Shown here: one piece after another, positions 29,702 through 38,916 of the stretch
How positions within the stretch are numbered: position 1 is the stretch's first letter
Layout of the letters: every line of letters begins with the position of its first letter
From: Candidatus Poribacteria bacterium
GTDB taxonomy: Bacteria > Poribacteria > WGA-4E > WGA-3G
Direction of reading: 5' to 3'
Assembly: GCA_963665235.2 (NCBI GenBank)
Contig: CAXXLX010000001.1
Coordinates: 3,680,001 to 3,744,000, forward strand
DNA: 64,000 bases
Position numbers and translations under genes: made by a program
The notes under the pieces: generated by a model
The model's database searches: none
Told to the model about the DNA's origin: nothing
What the model saw: the letters and a program-made list of their open reading frames with translations, nothing else

Positions 29702-30430
29702 TTACTCAACCATATATCCTAAGTCCATATCTATATAAGCTTGTCTCAGGATTTCACTTGCTCTTTGATCGGTTGCTACCGAAGCTGCTTCAGCGAGATG
29801 TGTTGGTACACTCTGTGAGGCCGTAACAATAGGTATGTCGCCTTGTGCCTCTTTTTCGAGTTGGTCGATTTCAGCATTGAGGCGATCGGCTTCGGCATCA
29901 TTGCCGGCATGACGCTCGATATCCCTCACTTTTATCAAATGAAGGTAGTGTTGGTACTGTTCGTAAGTTGGCGCGAAACCTGTTCCGATGGCAACATCAA
30001 ATATCGGTTCTCCCTCTTTGTATAGCATTGGATTACCGTTTTCATCTAACTTGAGCACCCCCGGGTCAGACATGCGGTATGCGTATCCTGGGGGTGGCGG
30101 TTCTACCCCGTATTTCTTATAGATACGTTCAAAATATCCGAGTCTTACCGTTCCCCCTTGTTTTTCCGTTGCCCCTTGCAAGGCATTCTTGGTTTGTGTA
30201 GCAGTGGGGGTTCTATTTTCGGAGGTTTCGCCGGGGGGCGGTTGTTCGTCCACTCCCTGTGCTTTCCGTTCGGCGATGTCCTCCTTAATCTTTTGGATAA
30301 CTTCCGGTGACGGCGGCTCAAAAACAACTTCGGGTTCCAGGTCGATGTTCCGCTGCATCAGCAGGAAAACACCGGCTGTGAATAGGATAACAATGAGGAC
30401 AGCAAGACCCCAATACATTTTTCTACGCAT
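29702..30430 (-). CDS. Hypothetical N-terminally anchored protein
   Basis: MRRKMYWGLAVLIVIL signal anchor; GGAGG RBS. Confidence 0.8.
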   Translation of the reverse strand: MRRKMYWGLAVLIVILFTAGVFLLMQRNIDLEPEVVFEPPSPEVIQKIKEDIAERKAQGVDEQPPPGETSENRTPTATQTKNALQGATEKQGGTVRLGYFERIYKKYGVEPPPPGYAYRMSDPGVLKLDENGNPMLYKEGEPIFDVAIGTGFAPTYEQYQHYLHLIKVRDIERHAGNDAEADRLNAEIDQLEKEAQGDIPIVTASQSVPTHLAEAASVATDQRASEILRQAYIDMDLGYMVE

Positions 30431-30442
30431 TGTGAATCCTCC

Positions 30443-30808
30443 TTATTTTCGACTATCCCTTATATCGCTGCGGGGCTGCGATAAAGGGCATTTGACAGAT
30501 GGACACGGTGATTTTTCCGGGAGCTCCTTGTTACATGTCCATTCCGGACAAGTGGGAGCGTCTGTTTGTGTCGCAGCAATCCGTTTGATTGTACCAAACA
30601 GTAGGCACCCACCCATCAAAACAATCAAAGCCGTGGTGAGGCTTATCTTGCGCCAGCGGTGCCTTTTCGGTTGCGGAGTGTCCTGATGTTTTAGGGACAG
30701 AAACCCCCATAACGAAATAGCAAAGGCGACGACACTGAGGTGGAGCCCGTGCTGCACGAAAAAGAGCGCACAGAACGAGCTAACAATGAGCCCTCCGAAT
30801 GCAGCCAC
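30443..30808 (-). CDS. Hypothetical small membrane protein with Cys-rich tail
   Basis: Three hydrophobic segments. The track start at 30880 coincides with a -35 box, so a downstream GTG is proposed. Confidence 0.45.
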   Translation of the reverse strand: MAAFGGLIVSSFCALFFVQHGLHLSVVAFAISLWGFLSLKHQDTPQPKRHRWRKISLTTALIVLMGGCLLFGTIKRIAATQTDAPTCPEWTCNKELPEKSPCPSVKCPLSQPRSDIRDSRK

Positions 30809-30851
30809 GGCGGCTATATCTACATTTGTTGTTAAAAGTTTCGTTTTCACA

Positions 30852-30880
30852 ATTATATATCCTCCGCTAAAATCTGTCAA
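30852..30880 (-). promoter_or_regulatory. Consensus sigma70 promoter
   Basis: TTGACA-17 nt-TATAAT on the minus strand. Confidence 0.75.
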
Positions 30881-31197
30881 GGGGTGCGTAAAATTTTTGT
30901 ACTTAACGTGTTATGTAGGAGCGTGCTGCGCAGGCGACCTCCCCGCCTCTGTAGAAGCGTGCTGTGCACCCGATACCTTTCTAGATAGACATACACCTCT
31001 TACAATCCGCGTCTTCCGCGTCCTCCGCGATAATCCGCGATTTGCGGCGTACTCGCCCAAATGCGACGTGCATTCAGACAAGACATACACAACATCCCTT
31101 CCATCCTTCCCTCTATCATAGTACAAAACTTTACAGGGTGTGTAAAATTTTTGTACTTAAACGTGAGTTTGAAAATAAATGTCCGTTTTCACTAATC

Positions 31198-31675
31198 TCT
31201 ATAAATATATCGTCCCTACGGGACTAGGGGTTGTCGAAACATCTACTTCTATAAATATATCGTCCCTACGGGACTAGGGTTGTCGAAACATCTACTTCTA
31301 TAAATATATCGTCCCTACGGGACTAGCGGTTGTCGAAACATCTGCTTCTATAAATATATCGTCCCTACGGGACTAGCGGTTGTCGAAACATCTGCTTCTA
31401 TAAATATATCGTCCCTACGGGACTAGCGGTTGTCGAAACATCTGCTTCTATAAATATATCGTCCCTACGGGACTAGCGGTTGTCGAAACATCTGCTTCTA
31501 TAAATATATCGTCCCTACGGGACTAGCGGTTGTCGAAACATCTGCTTCTATAAATATATCGTCCCTACGGGACTAGCGGTTGTCGAAACATCTGCTTCTA
31601 TAAATATATCGTCCCTACGGGACTAGCGGTTGTCGAAACATCTGCTTCTATAAATATATCGTCCCTACGGGACTA
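31198..31675. repeat. Tandem array A: 10 cores, 50-bp period
   Basis: Unit TCTATAAATATATCGTCCCTACGGGACTAGCGGTTGTCGAAACATCTGCT. Confidence 0.97.
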
Positions 31676-31683
31676 CGTCGAAA

Positions 31684-32130
31684 CAGACAAGCTAGCCCCA
31701 GCGGGGCGGTATATTTATAGAAGCACATGTTATAAGGGCCAGACAAGCTAGCCCCAGCGGGGCGGTATCTTTATAGAAGCACAAGGGCCAGACAAGCTAG
31801 CCCCAGCGGGGCGGTATCTTTATAGAAGCACAAGGGCCAGACAAGCTAGCCCCAGCGGGGCGGTATCTTTATAGAAGCACAAGGGCCAGACAAGCTAGCC
31901 CCAGCAGGGCGGTATCTTTATAGAAAACACAACAACACAACACAACCTAGCCCCAGCGGGGCGGTATCTTTATAGAAGCACAAGGGCCAGACAAGCTAGC
32001 CCCAGCGGGGCGGTATCTTTATAGAAGCGCGAGGGCCAGACAAGCTAGCCCCAGCGGGGCGGTATCTTTATAGAAAACACAACAACACAACACAAGCTAG
32101 CCCCAGCGGGGCGGTATCTTTATAGAAAAC
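31684..32130. repeat. Tandem array B: 9 cores, ~49-56-bp period, opposite orientation to array A
   Basis: Core CTAGCCCCAGCGGGGCGGTATCTTTATAGAA with two main linker types. Confidence 0.95.
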
Positions 32131-32452
32131 ACAACACCCTAGCTCATAATCACAAACCTTCTATTGCTTAAAATCCGAGAAATCCGATAAATCGGAACGG
32201 TCTCAAAAAGTAGGAGGCAGAACGATAAGAAAAGTAGGCAGAACTGATAAACGAAAAATCGGCGGTCGAAATGTCACAACTCATTTTTTTTGTGTTGTGA
32301 AAAAGACGGGTCGAAAATGCTTCTAAACATAGACGGGGCGTGAGTTTGTGCGACTGCAGCACTGAGAAGTAAATGTTACACTTTGTGTCAAAAGTGTAAC
32401 ATTTACACCGGTTTTGTACAAAAACTTTACACACCCAACTTTACACACCCAT

Positions 32453-32481
32453 TTGACAATCAGAGAACAAACGTGTATAAT
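32453..32481 (+). promoter_or_regulatory. Consensus sigma70 promoter
   Basis: TTGACA-17 nt-TATAAT. Confidence 0.75.
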
Positions 32482-32636
32482 AACCCAAGTTGCTACTTAT
32501 AAGTTTTTAGACCCGGAAACACCGTCTTTAATGAAAATATGCTGATAATTAGGCAATATTTGTAGCGTCCACTTTTAGTTTGCACACAAATATGCACAAT
32601 CTGGAAGATTATGCTACTATGTGGCAACTTAGGTTA
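32481..32636. mobile_element. MITE-like family B (TIR TAACCCAAGTTGC) with GTAG REP doublet; TAA flanking duplication
   Basis: Inverted termini; aligns with the reverse complement of 61059..61203. Confidence 0.8.
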
Positions 32637-32769
32637 TAATATAAATAGGATTTACAAAGCCTACTGTCTGTGTTTTCACACGGACGCTAGACAGAAAAAT
32701 CTAAGAGCAGATTTTCGCATAAGTCTCATTGAAATTTAAATACTATCTACTAACAGAAGGAGTCAAAAG

Positions 32770-33678
32770 TTGAAAAACATTTTTTTATTTTTAATGCTGC
32801 TCGTTGCCGGATTTGCAACGGTCAGCATAGTTGGCTGTGAAAAAGGTATAACTAAGCCGGTTGTGGATGGGATGAAACCTACAATGGATGACCCTGAAGC
32901 ATATACAGTCGCTACAGTTGAAATGGCAATTGAGCGTTACAAAACCGAAGGTCGCGATGCCACCCTCGCCTACTATAACGACCCTATGAGCATCAATGGA
33001 CAGTGGTATGTCTTTATCGTTGATGATACCGATATTTTTGTAGCACACCCTGCGTTACCTACGTTAGTAGGGACAGATCTGAAAAACGTCGTTGGTGCTG
33101 ACGGTTATCCAATCGGGATAGAAATCGCCAAGGCGACAGAAGATGGACATTGGATTAACTATTTATGGCATAATCCAGCAGCGAACAAATTAGAGACAAA
33201 ACGTACGTGGGCCCTCCGGTATGATGGTTATATCTTCGGTTCCGGGCATTATGAACCGTGGAACCCCGACCCCGCTACACTTCCAGAGGTCTCCAAAGAT
33301 GATCCGGAGGCGTTTACAGTTGATTTTGTATACAAAGCAATTGCCCGTTATGAGTTTGAAGGGCTTGAAGCTGCGGTAGCTTACTACAACGACCCAGCGA
33401 GTATTGATGGTCAATGGTATGCGTCTATCACATCTCCAAACGATATTTTTCTTGCACACGCGCCAAGACCTGACCTCGTAGGGACAGACATCAAGGATGT
33501 TAAAGGCCTCGATGGTTCACCGCTCGGGGAAGAACTTGTCACAGCGACAGGCAGCGGAGCCTGGTTTGAATATGAGTGGGCCAATCCTGAAAGCGGCGAA
33601 GTAGAGCTGAAACGCGCGTGGGCAATTCGGCACGACGGTTACCTCTTCGGTGCCGGGTACTATACATTAGTCCCGTAG
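32770..33678 (+). CDS. Lipoprotein with two tandem single-Cache domains
   Basis: Lipobox IVGC; two repeats D(D)PEA(Y/F)TV...YYNDP.SI.GQWY...GTD.K...W..Y.W.NP...KR.WA.R.DGY.FG.G.Y. Confidence 0.85.
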   Translation: MKNIFLFLMLLVAGFATVSIVGCEKGITKPVVDGMKPTMDDPEAYTVATVEMAIERYKTEGRDATLAYYNDPMSINGQWYVFIVDDTDIFVAHPALPTLVGTDLKNVVGADGYPIGIEIAKATEDGHWINYLWHNPAANKLETKRTWALRYDGYIFGSGHYEPWNPDPATLPEVSKDDPEAFTVDFVYKAIARYEFEGLEAAVAYYNDPASIDGQWYASITSPNDIFLAHAPRPDLVGTDIKDVKGLDGSPLGEELVTATGSGAWFEYEWANPESGEVELKRAWAIRHDGYLFGAGYYTLVP

Positions 33679-34309
33679 GGACGATATATTTATAGAAGCG
33701 AAGGTTCAGGTCCCAGCGTAGTCCCGTAGGGACGATATATTTATAGAAGCGAAGGTTCAGGTCCCAGCGTAGTCCCGTAGGGACGATATATTTATAGAAG
33801 CGAAGGTTCAGGTCCCAGCGTAGTCCCGTAGGGACGATATATTTATAGAAGCGGAGGTTCAGGTCCCAGCGTAGTCCCGTAGGGACGATATATTTATAGA
33901 AGCGAAGGTTCAGGTCCCAGCGTAGTCCCGTAGGGACGATATATTTATAGAAGCGGAGGTTCAGGTCCCAGCGTAGTCCCGTAGGGACGATATATTTATA
34001 GAAGCGAAGGTTCAGGTCCCAGCGTAGTCCCGTAGGGACGATATATTTATAGAAGCGGAGGTTCAGGTCCCAGCGTAGTCCCGTAGGGACGATATATTTA
34101 TAGAAGCGAAGGTTCAGGTCCCAGCGTAGTCCCGTAGGGACGATATATTTATAGAAGCGAAGGTTCAGGTCCCAGCGTAGTCCCGTAGGGACGATATATT
34201 TATAGAAGCGGAGGTTCAGGTCCCAGCGTAGTCCCGTAGGGACGATATATTTATAGAAGCGAAGGTTCAGGTCCCAGCGTAGTCCCGTAGGGACGATATA
34301 TTTATAGAA
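33668..34309. repeat. Tandem array C: 13 cores, 51-bp period
   Basis: Unit TAGTCCCGTAGGGACGATATATTTATAGAAGCGRAGGTTCAGGTCCCAGCG, followed by a variant core and a terminal motif ending at 34401. Confidence 0.97.
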
Positions 34310-34408
34310 AACACCGCCCCTAGACCGGACTAAACCCCGTAGGGGTGATATGTTTATAGAGGTTAGGGAAACCAACGGACATTTATTATCAAACTCACGT
34401 TCACACAA

Positions 34409-35473
34409 TTAATCCTGCACAAGGAGAGAACGAATTGCACGCGCGGCTGTTTCTGTATCCTGAAGTGGGACAGTAGAGACAGGTTCGCTAAGTGCTTCGG
34501 CAATATGCTGTTTTAATCCATCAAGTCCACAGCAGGTTACAATGCCGTGTTCCGCTAAATATTGATATACGTTGTCCCGTTTCGGCCGTCTCGCTTTCAC
34601 TTGTGACAACGTTAAGACAATCACCTTATGTCCACTGCTTGCCGCTTCACAGACCATAGAGAAGCTGTCAGCAGTGACGATAAGGAGGTCGCTTAAGGCA
34701 AGGATAGCTTGATACGGGTCGGCAAGTGCTGAAGGCGTGTCGGGGGTAATGAACAGCGGACACCACGCTGCATCTGTCAGTACTGCTGATAGGTATGCCG
34801 TGACATCAGGGGGTGTTCGGCGGGAAACTGTGACGAATAGTTGCGCGTTCATTTTTTTCGCGACCGCTACGCCAATTTCGTGCAGACGTTCGGCATCCTT
34901 TATGGTAATCGTCTCATGTCGATCTGTCCCGCCGAGGAGGACGCCGATGCGTGTGCAGTCCGGCAGGTTAAGCTCCTGTGTGAGCAGTTTCCGCTCGGCA
35001 TTCAACGGACCTGGCGAAATAGGGTTCGGCACGCCGATTGTTTTACATATTCTATTGCTACGTCTTGTGCTGTGCCACGACAGCATCGGGAGGATAGCAA
35101 GCTCGAAATGACGAATGCCTACCGGTGAAGGTCTGCGACAGGTGACGGTCTTAGCATGAAGCACTTTGCCCAAAAGGAGGTTGACCGCTGCTACAGATGA
35201 GCCGGTGGAAAGGATAACGTCAGCCGTGCGGATTTGTGAGATAGCATTGGACGCAGATTCGGTCAGGCTCCATCGGAGGAGCATGTAGATAAAGGGTGTA
35301 GGCAATGGCATGCCGCCGAAAATGCATATCAAAATGCGCAAGAGATTGTCGCGCCACTTCTGCCGGAATTCTATCTCAAGCCATTCCATTTGGCAGTCGG
35401 GCAATTTTTGGACAATACCGAGGGATTGCTTGTAATGTCCCGGTTTGTTGTCGCTTAAAACAATAACCTTCAT
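34409..35473 (-). CDS. ELM1/GtrOC1-like (mitochondrial fission ELM1 family) putative glycosyltransferase
   Basis: SDNKPGHYKQSLG, VLLGG, VTVSRRTP, IVTADSFSMVCEAASSG. Confidence 0.85.
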   Translation of the reverse strand: MKVIVLSDNKPGHYKQSLGIVQKLPDCQMEWLEIEFRQKWRDNLLRILICIFGGMPLPTPFIYMLLRWSLTESASNAISQIRTADVILSTGSSVAAVNLLLGKVLHAKTVTCRRPSPVGIRHFELAILPMLSWHSTRRSNRICKTIGVPNPISPGPLNAERKLLTQELNLPDCTRIGVLLGGTDRHETITIKDAERLHEIGVAVAKKMNAQLFVTVSRRTPPDVTAYLSAVLTDAAWCPLFITPDTPSALADPYQAILALSDLLIVTADSFSMVCEAASSGHKVIVLTLSQVKARRPKRDNVYQYLAEHGIVTCCGLDGLKQHIAEALSEPVSTVPLQDTETAARAIRSLLVQD

Positions 35474-36237
35474 TTTACCGTATAATCAATCAACGTTGTA
35501 ACCCCGCGTTCATCTTCCATTTTGACGATGCCGACATACGGCACAAACCATACTGTCTGACGCTGCACTGCTATTTCAGTTTTCTCGAAGACGAAATGGG
35601 CAATTTCTGTCTGATATTCAAGCTGATATGCATTCTCAAAGTTGCCAGCAGGCGTTTCAAGCGGTCCCTCGGCAACAACTGAGCCCTTAACACTAACCTG
35701 CACCTCAAAAGGTATATGGAGCAGACCCAAGTTTTGCAAGAAGATATGTCCCATGCGTTTCACATTGAGTGCCTCCCATTGACGATTACTGCTCAGCGGC
35801 TCCTGAAGAAAAACGAGGTCCGGGGCCGTGATTGGGTCTATAACAATTTCTAGAGTCAATCCCACAAATTCATCTTTCACGATTTTAGGAAGTTCATTCT
35901 GAATATAACGGTCTAGCTTTTCACCGACAGCGAAAAAAACCTCGTTTTGCGTAACGCGACACTGCTCAGGTTTCAGATAGTCCACTTCGGTTTCAGATAG
36001 TGGTGGACGGTAGACGAAAATCTTGTACTCCTCTCCCCGCAAGTCCAATTCCTTTGCAGTCTCCCGTGTCCATTGTGTCCCATCGGGATTTTGATAACCC
36101 CATCGGCTGCCGACAGCATCGGGAAAGTAGTTCGGCATCACCTCCACATCTGGCGGTGCTGTTTCATCAGAACCACAGCTATATAGCAGTAGCATGCTAC
36201 AGAGGATGAGAAAAGTTAACCGAATTTGATTCTTCAT
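35470..36237 (-). CDS. Hypothetical lipoprotein
   Basis: Lipobox LYSC; NYFP..VGSRWGY, ETPAGNF, WFVPYVGIVK (DUF3108-like signature). Confidence 0.75.
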   Translation of the reverse strand: MKNQIRLTFLILCSMLLLYSCGSDETAPPDVEVMPNYFPDAVGSRWGYQNPDGTQWTRETAKELDLRGEEYKIFVYRPPLSETEVDYLKPEQCRVTQNEVFFAVGEKLDRYIQNELPKIVKDEFVGLTLEIVIDPITAPDLVFLQEPLSSNRQWEALNVKRMGHIFLQNLGLLHIPFEVQVSVKGSVVAEGPLETPAGNFENAYQLEYQTEIAHFVFEKTEIAVQRQTVWFVPYVGIVKMEDERGVTTLIDYTVK

Positions 36238-36307
36238 GTTGCCTCTTGCCCATAAGCGGGGTTTCAAACCCGACTAACAGCTGAATATGCATCAAACGCA
36301 AACCTAC

Positions 36308-37636
36308 TTAGGCTATCCCGATATACCGTGCGACGAAGAGCGCAGCGAAGAAGTAGATGAGCGGGTGCAGCTCTTTTCTGCGTCCCGTGACCAACTTCAT
36401 AAACGCTATGGATATAAACCCGAAAGCAATCCCATGCGTAATACTGAACGCAAGCGGTGTCATCACCAAAGTCAGGGATGCGGGTATAGCTTCCGTGATA
36501 TCGTCCCAATCCACATGGATAAGCTCTTTGAGCATCAAGAAACCGACGATGATTAAAGCGGGAGCGATAACTGGGTAAAATGTATTTCCATCGATAACAT
36601 ATCCGGACCCAACAATTTCAACGACCGGATAAAAGAATAGGGCAAGCAGCATGAGAATCCCTGTGACAATAGAGGCAAGCCCAGTGCGTGCGCCTGCGGT
36701 AATACCTGACGCACTCTCAATGTAACACGTTACTGTGGAAGTGCCAAGGACAGCTCCGCCTGCTGACCCGATAGCATCGGACAGAAGTGCCTGTCGTGCT
36801 TTTGAGAGTTTTCCATCTTTAAGCAGCTCCGCCTTATGCCCGGTAGCTGTGAGTGTACCGATGCTATCGAACATATCTTGCGCGAAGAAGACAAATATCA
36901 CAGGAATCAATTCTTGCCGAGCGAAAATATTTGGAAATCGTAGTTCAAAAAGTGTCGGTAAGATGGAGGGCGGCATGGAGACTATGCCTTGATATTTGGT
37001 AAACCCAAGCGCAAGTGTCAAAGCCGCAGTCGCAAGGATGCCGATGATGATTGCTCCACGGACCTCCCTCGCCATGAGTATCAGTATCACGAGAATGCCG
37101 AAGAGCGAAAGCAGCACCGGCGGAGATGTGAAATTGCCGAGCGTTACAAATGTGGCAGGATGTGCCGTAATGATACCGCTCATCCGCAAACCGATAAAGG
37201 TGATAAAGATGCCAATTCCTACAGCAATTGCGTGATGAAGCGAGACCGGCAACGTGTTCATAATCGCCTCACGTAACCCTACAAACGATAGCAGAATGAA
37301 CAGGACACCAGATATGAAGACAATACCTAATGCCTCTGGCCACGCTACACCTATTAGGTCAGGGTTGCACACCTCAAAAACAAAATAGGCGTTAATTCCC
37401 ATCGCGGGGGCAAGCGCGACAGGATAGTTCGCGAGAAACGCTATCAGGAACGTTGCACCTGCACTGGAAAGACAGGTCGCAACCATCACTGCACCCTGAT
37501 TCATGCCGGCCACTGAAAGCATCGCTGGTTGGACAAAGATGATATAGCACATCGTCAGGAACGTTGTGCATCCCCCGATAATTTCTCGCTTGACTGTTGT
37601 CTCAAGTTCTTGTAAGCGAAATAGCTTTTCTAACAT
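36308..37636 (-). CDS. NCS2/AzgA-family nucleobase permease (PbuG-like)
   Basis: TTFLTMCYIIFVQP, LAPAMGINAYF, YIESASGITAGARTGL. Confidence 0.93.
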   Translation of the reverse strand: MLEKLFRLQELETTVKREIIGGCTTFLTMCYIIFVQPAMLSVAGMNQGAVMVATCLSSAGATFLIAFLANYPVALAPAMGINAYFVFEVCNPDLIGVAWPEALGIVFISGVLFILLSFVGLREAIMNTLPVSLHHAIAVGIGIFITFIGLRMSGIITAHPATFVTLGNFTSPPVLLSLFGILVILILMAREVRGAIIIGILATAALTLALGFTKYQGIVSMPPSILPTLFELRFPNIFARQELIPVIFVFFAQDMFDSIGTLTATGHKAELLKDGKLSKARQALLSDAIGSAGGAVLGTSTVTCYIESASGITAGARTGLASIVTGILMLLALFFYPVVEIVGSGYVIDGNTFYPVIAPALIIVGFLMLKELIHVDWDDITEAIPASLTLVMTPLAFSITHGIAFGFISIAFMKLVTGRRKELHPLIYFFAALFVARYIGIA

Positions 37637-37775
37637 ATTTTTCTCTTCCTTTTCCGATTTTTTTAATTACAATTTGCACCTATCTTTCTATTATACACAG
37701 AAAACCCTAACTTTGTCAAGAACAAATTTAATCTACACTTTTCTAAAGTTTGGACAATTTTATGAGTTTACATTC

Positions 37776-37985
37776 GCGGTGTTGTCTGAATCGCGGATTA
37801 GCGCGGAGAACGCGGAGAACGCGGAGTGTCCGGTGCGTAACAATCCAAGCTTTGTGATTATAGGTTAGGGTGTTGTGTTTTCTATAAACATTCCGCCCTT
37901 AAGGAGCGGGCTGTTTGCCCGAATACTGGGGCTAGGTTGTGATGTGGTTGCGTTTTCTATAAACATTCTGCCCCTACGGGGCTGC
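37776..37985. repeat. Mosaic of the same intergenic modules (two hairpin cores, CGCGGAGAA repeats), reverse orientation
   Basis: Reverse-complement similarity to 18290-18460. Confidence 0.7.
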
Positions 37986-38211
37986 GCTTCCGCGCATTCG
38001 AGTCTATTTTCTACAAATTGGACTTGTGTGAGGAACTTAGAGAAAAATGAGAAATGCTTTGGAAATCGGGCATCAACCGGGCAGATATTGTCCAAACTAC
38101 AGTACACTTTTGCAATTTGTTTTGTTGCAAATTCCCCTATAATATGTTATACTTTAAGAAAATGGAAACGTAACTGGAAAACACATTCTGTCACTTTACG
38201 CGGAGAAACGC

Positions 38212-38855
38212 ATGGCATCGGTTGCAGTTCAGACGTATCTGACCCCCGAGCAATATCTCGCCTGGGAACGGAAGACAGATACCAAACATGAATACCTTTA
38301 TTGTAGCATAAACTTCCAGTTTGTGCTCTTTATTGTAGCATAAACTTCCAGTTTGTGTCTTCCGTTCTCCGTTTGATTTCTAACAACCGGTAATGATAGA
38401 ATAATTAATAAAAATGGTATAACAACCGCGCTTAACAACGAATTGGTCGGAAGCGATTGTATAGTTGTTGCAAGTGATATGCGTGTGCGGACTAGCCCGG
38501 ATACATCTTACTTCTATCCGGATGTCGTTGTCGTTTGTGGTGAACCACAATTTGAGGATAACTCCTTCGATGTGCTACTCAATCCGGTGCTTATCGTAGA
38601 AGTGCTCTCCCCCTCAACAGCAGATTACGACAGAGGTGAAAAATTTGAGCACTACAAGCAATTAATATCCTTGCAAGAATATATCATCGTTTCACAGAAT
38701 AGGGTTCACATTGAACACTATCTGCGCTTCGGGGGCGATGGGTATTAAACGAATTTCGTGCACCTGAAAATGTGCTCCCGCTCCCTTCAGTAGAAGGGGC
38801 ACTGGTTCTGCGGGACATCTACGCACGGGTCAAATTCCGTGAGAATTCACTATAG
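38212..38855 (+). pseudogene. Uma2 family endonuclease pseudogene
   Basis: MASVAVQTYLTPEQYLAWERKTDTKHEYL is interrupted by duplicated GTAG REP copies (~38298-38358). It resumes as DMRV..YPDVVVVC..VEVLSPST..YDRGEKF, with a frameshift near the G5 run at 38731. Confidence 0.85.
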
Positions 38856-38916
38856 GCACGGTGCCAGTTAGGTTGAAAAATTAGGTTAACTTCACAATTT
38901 AGATAGGAAAACATTT

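Larger units (their letters stand above)
30882..32450. mobile_element. Nested MITE family C composite carrying repeat arrays
   Basis: GGGTGYGTAAAATTTTTGTAC at 30882 and 31136. Inverted GTACAAAAACTTTACACACCC ends at 32436, with a partial duplicate to 32450. Confidence 0.7.

Noticed and set aside
31198-34309. CRISPR array interpretation of the tandem repeats
   Set aside because: The linkers are identical within arrays rather than unique spacers, there are no cas genes in the window, and the core is dispersed as single copies.
33539-34408. 289-aa ORF with a 17-aa repeat (FYKYIVPTGLRWDLNLR)
   Set aside because: By-product of a 51-bp unit divisible by three. Sister arrays have 49-50-bp periods, and the ORF overlaps a real gene antisense.
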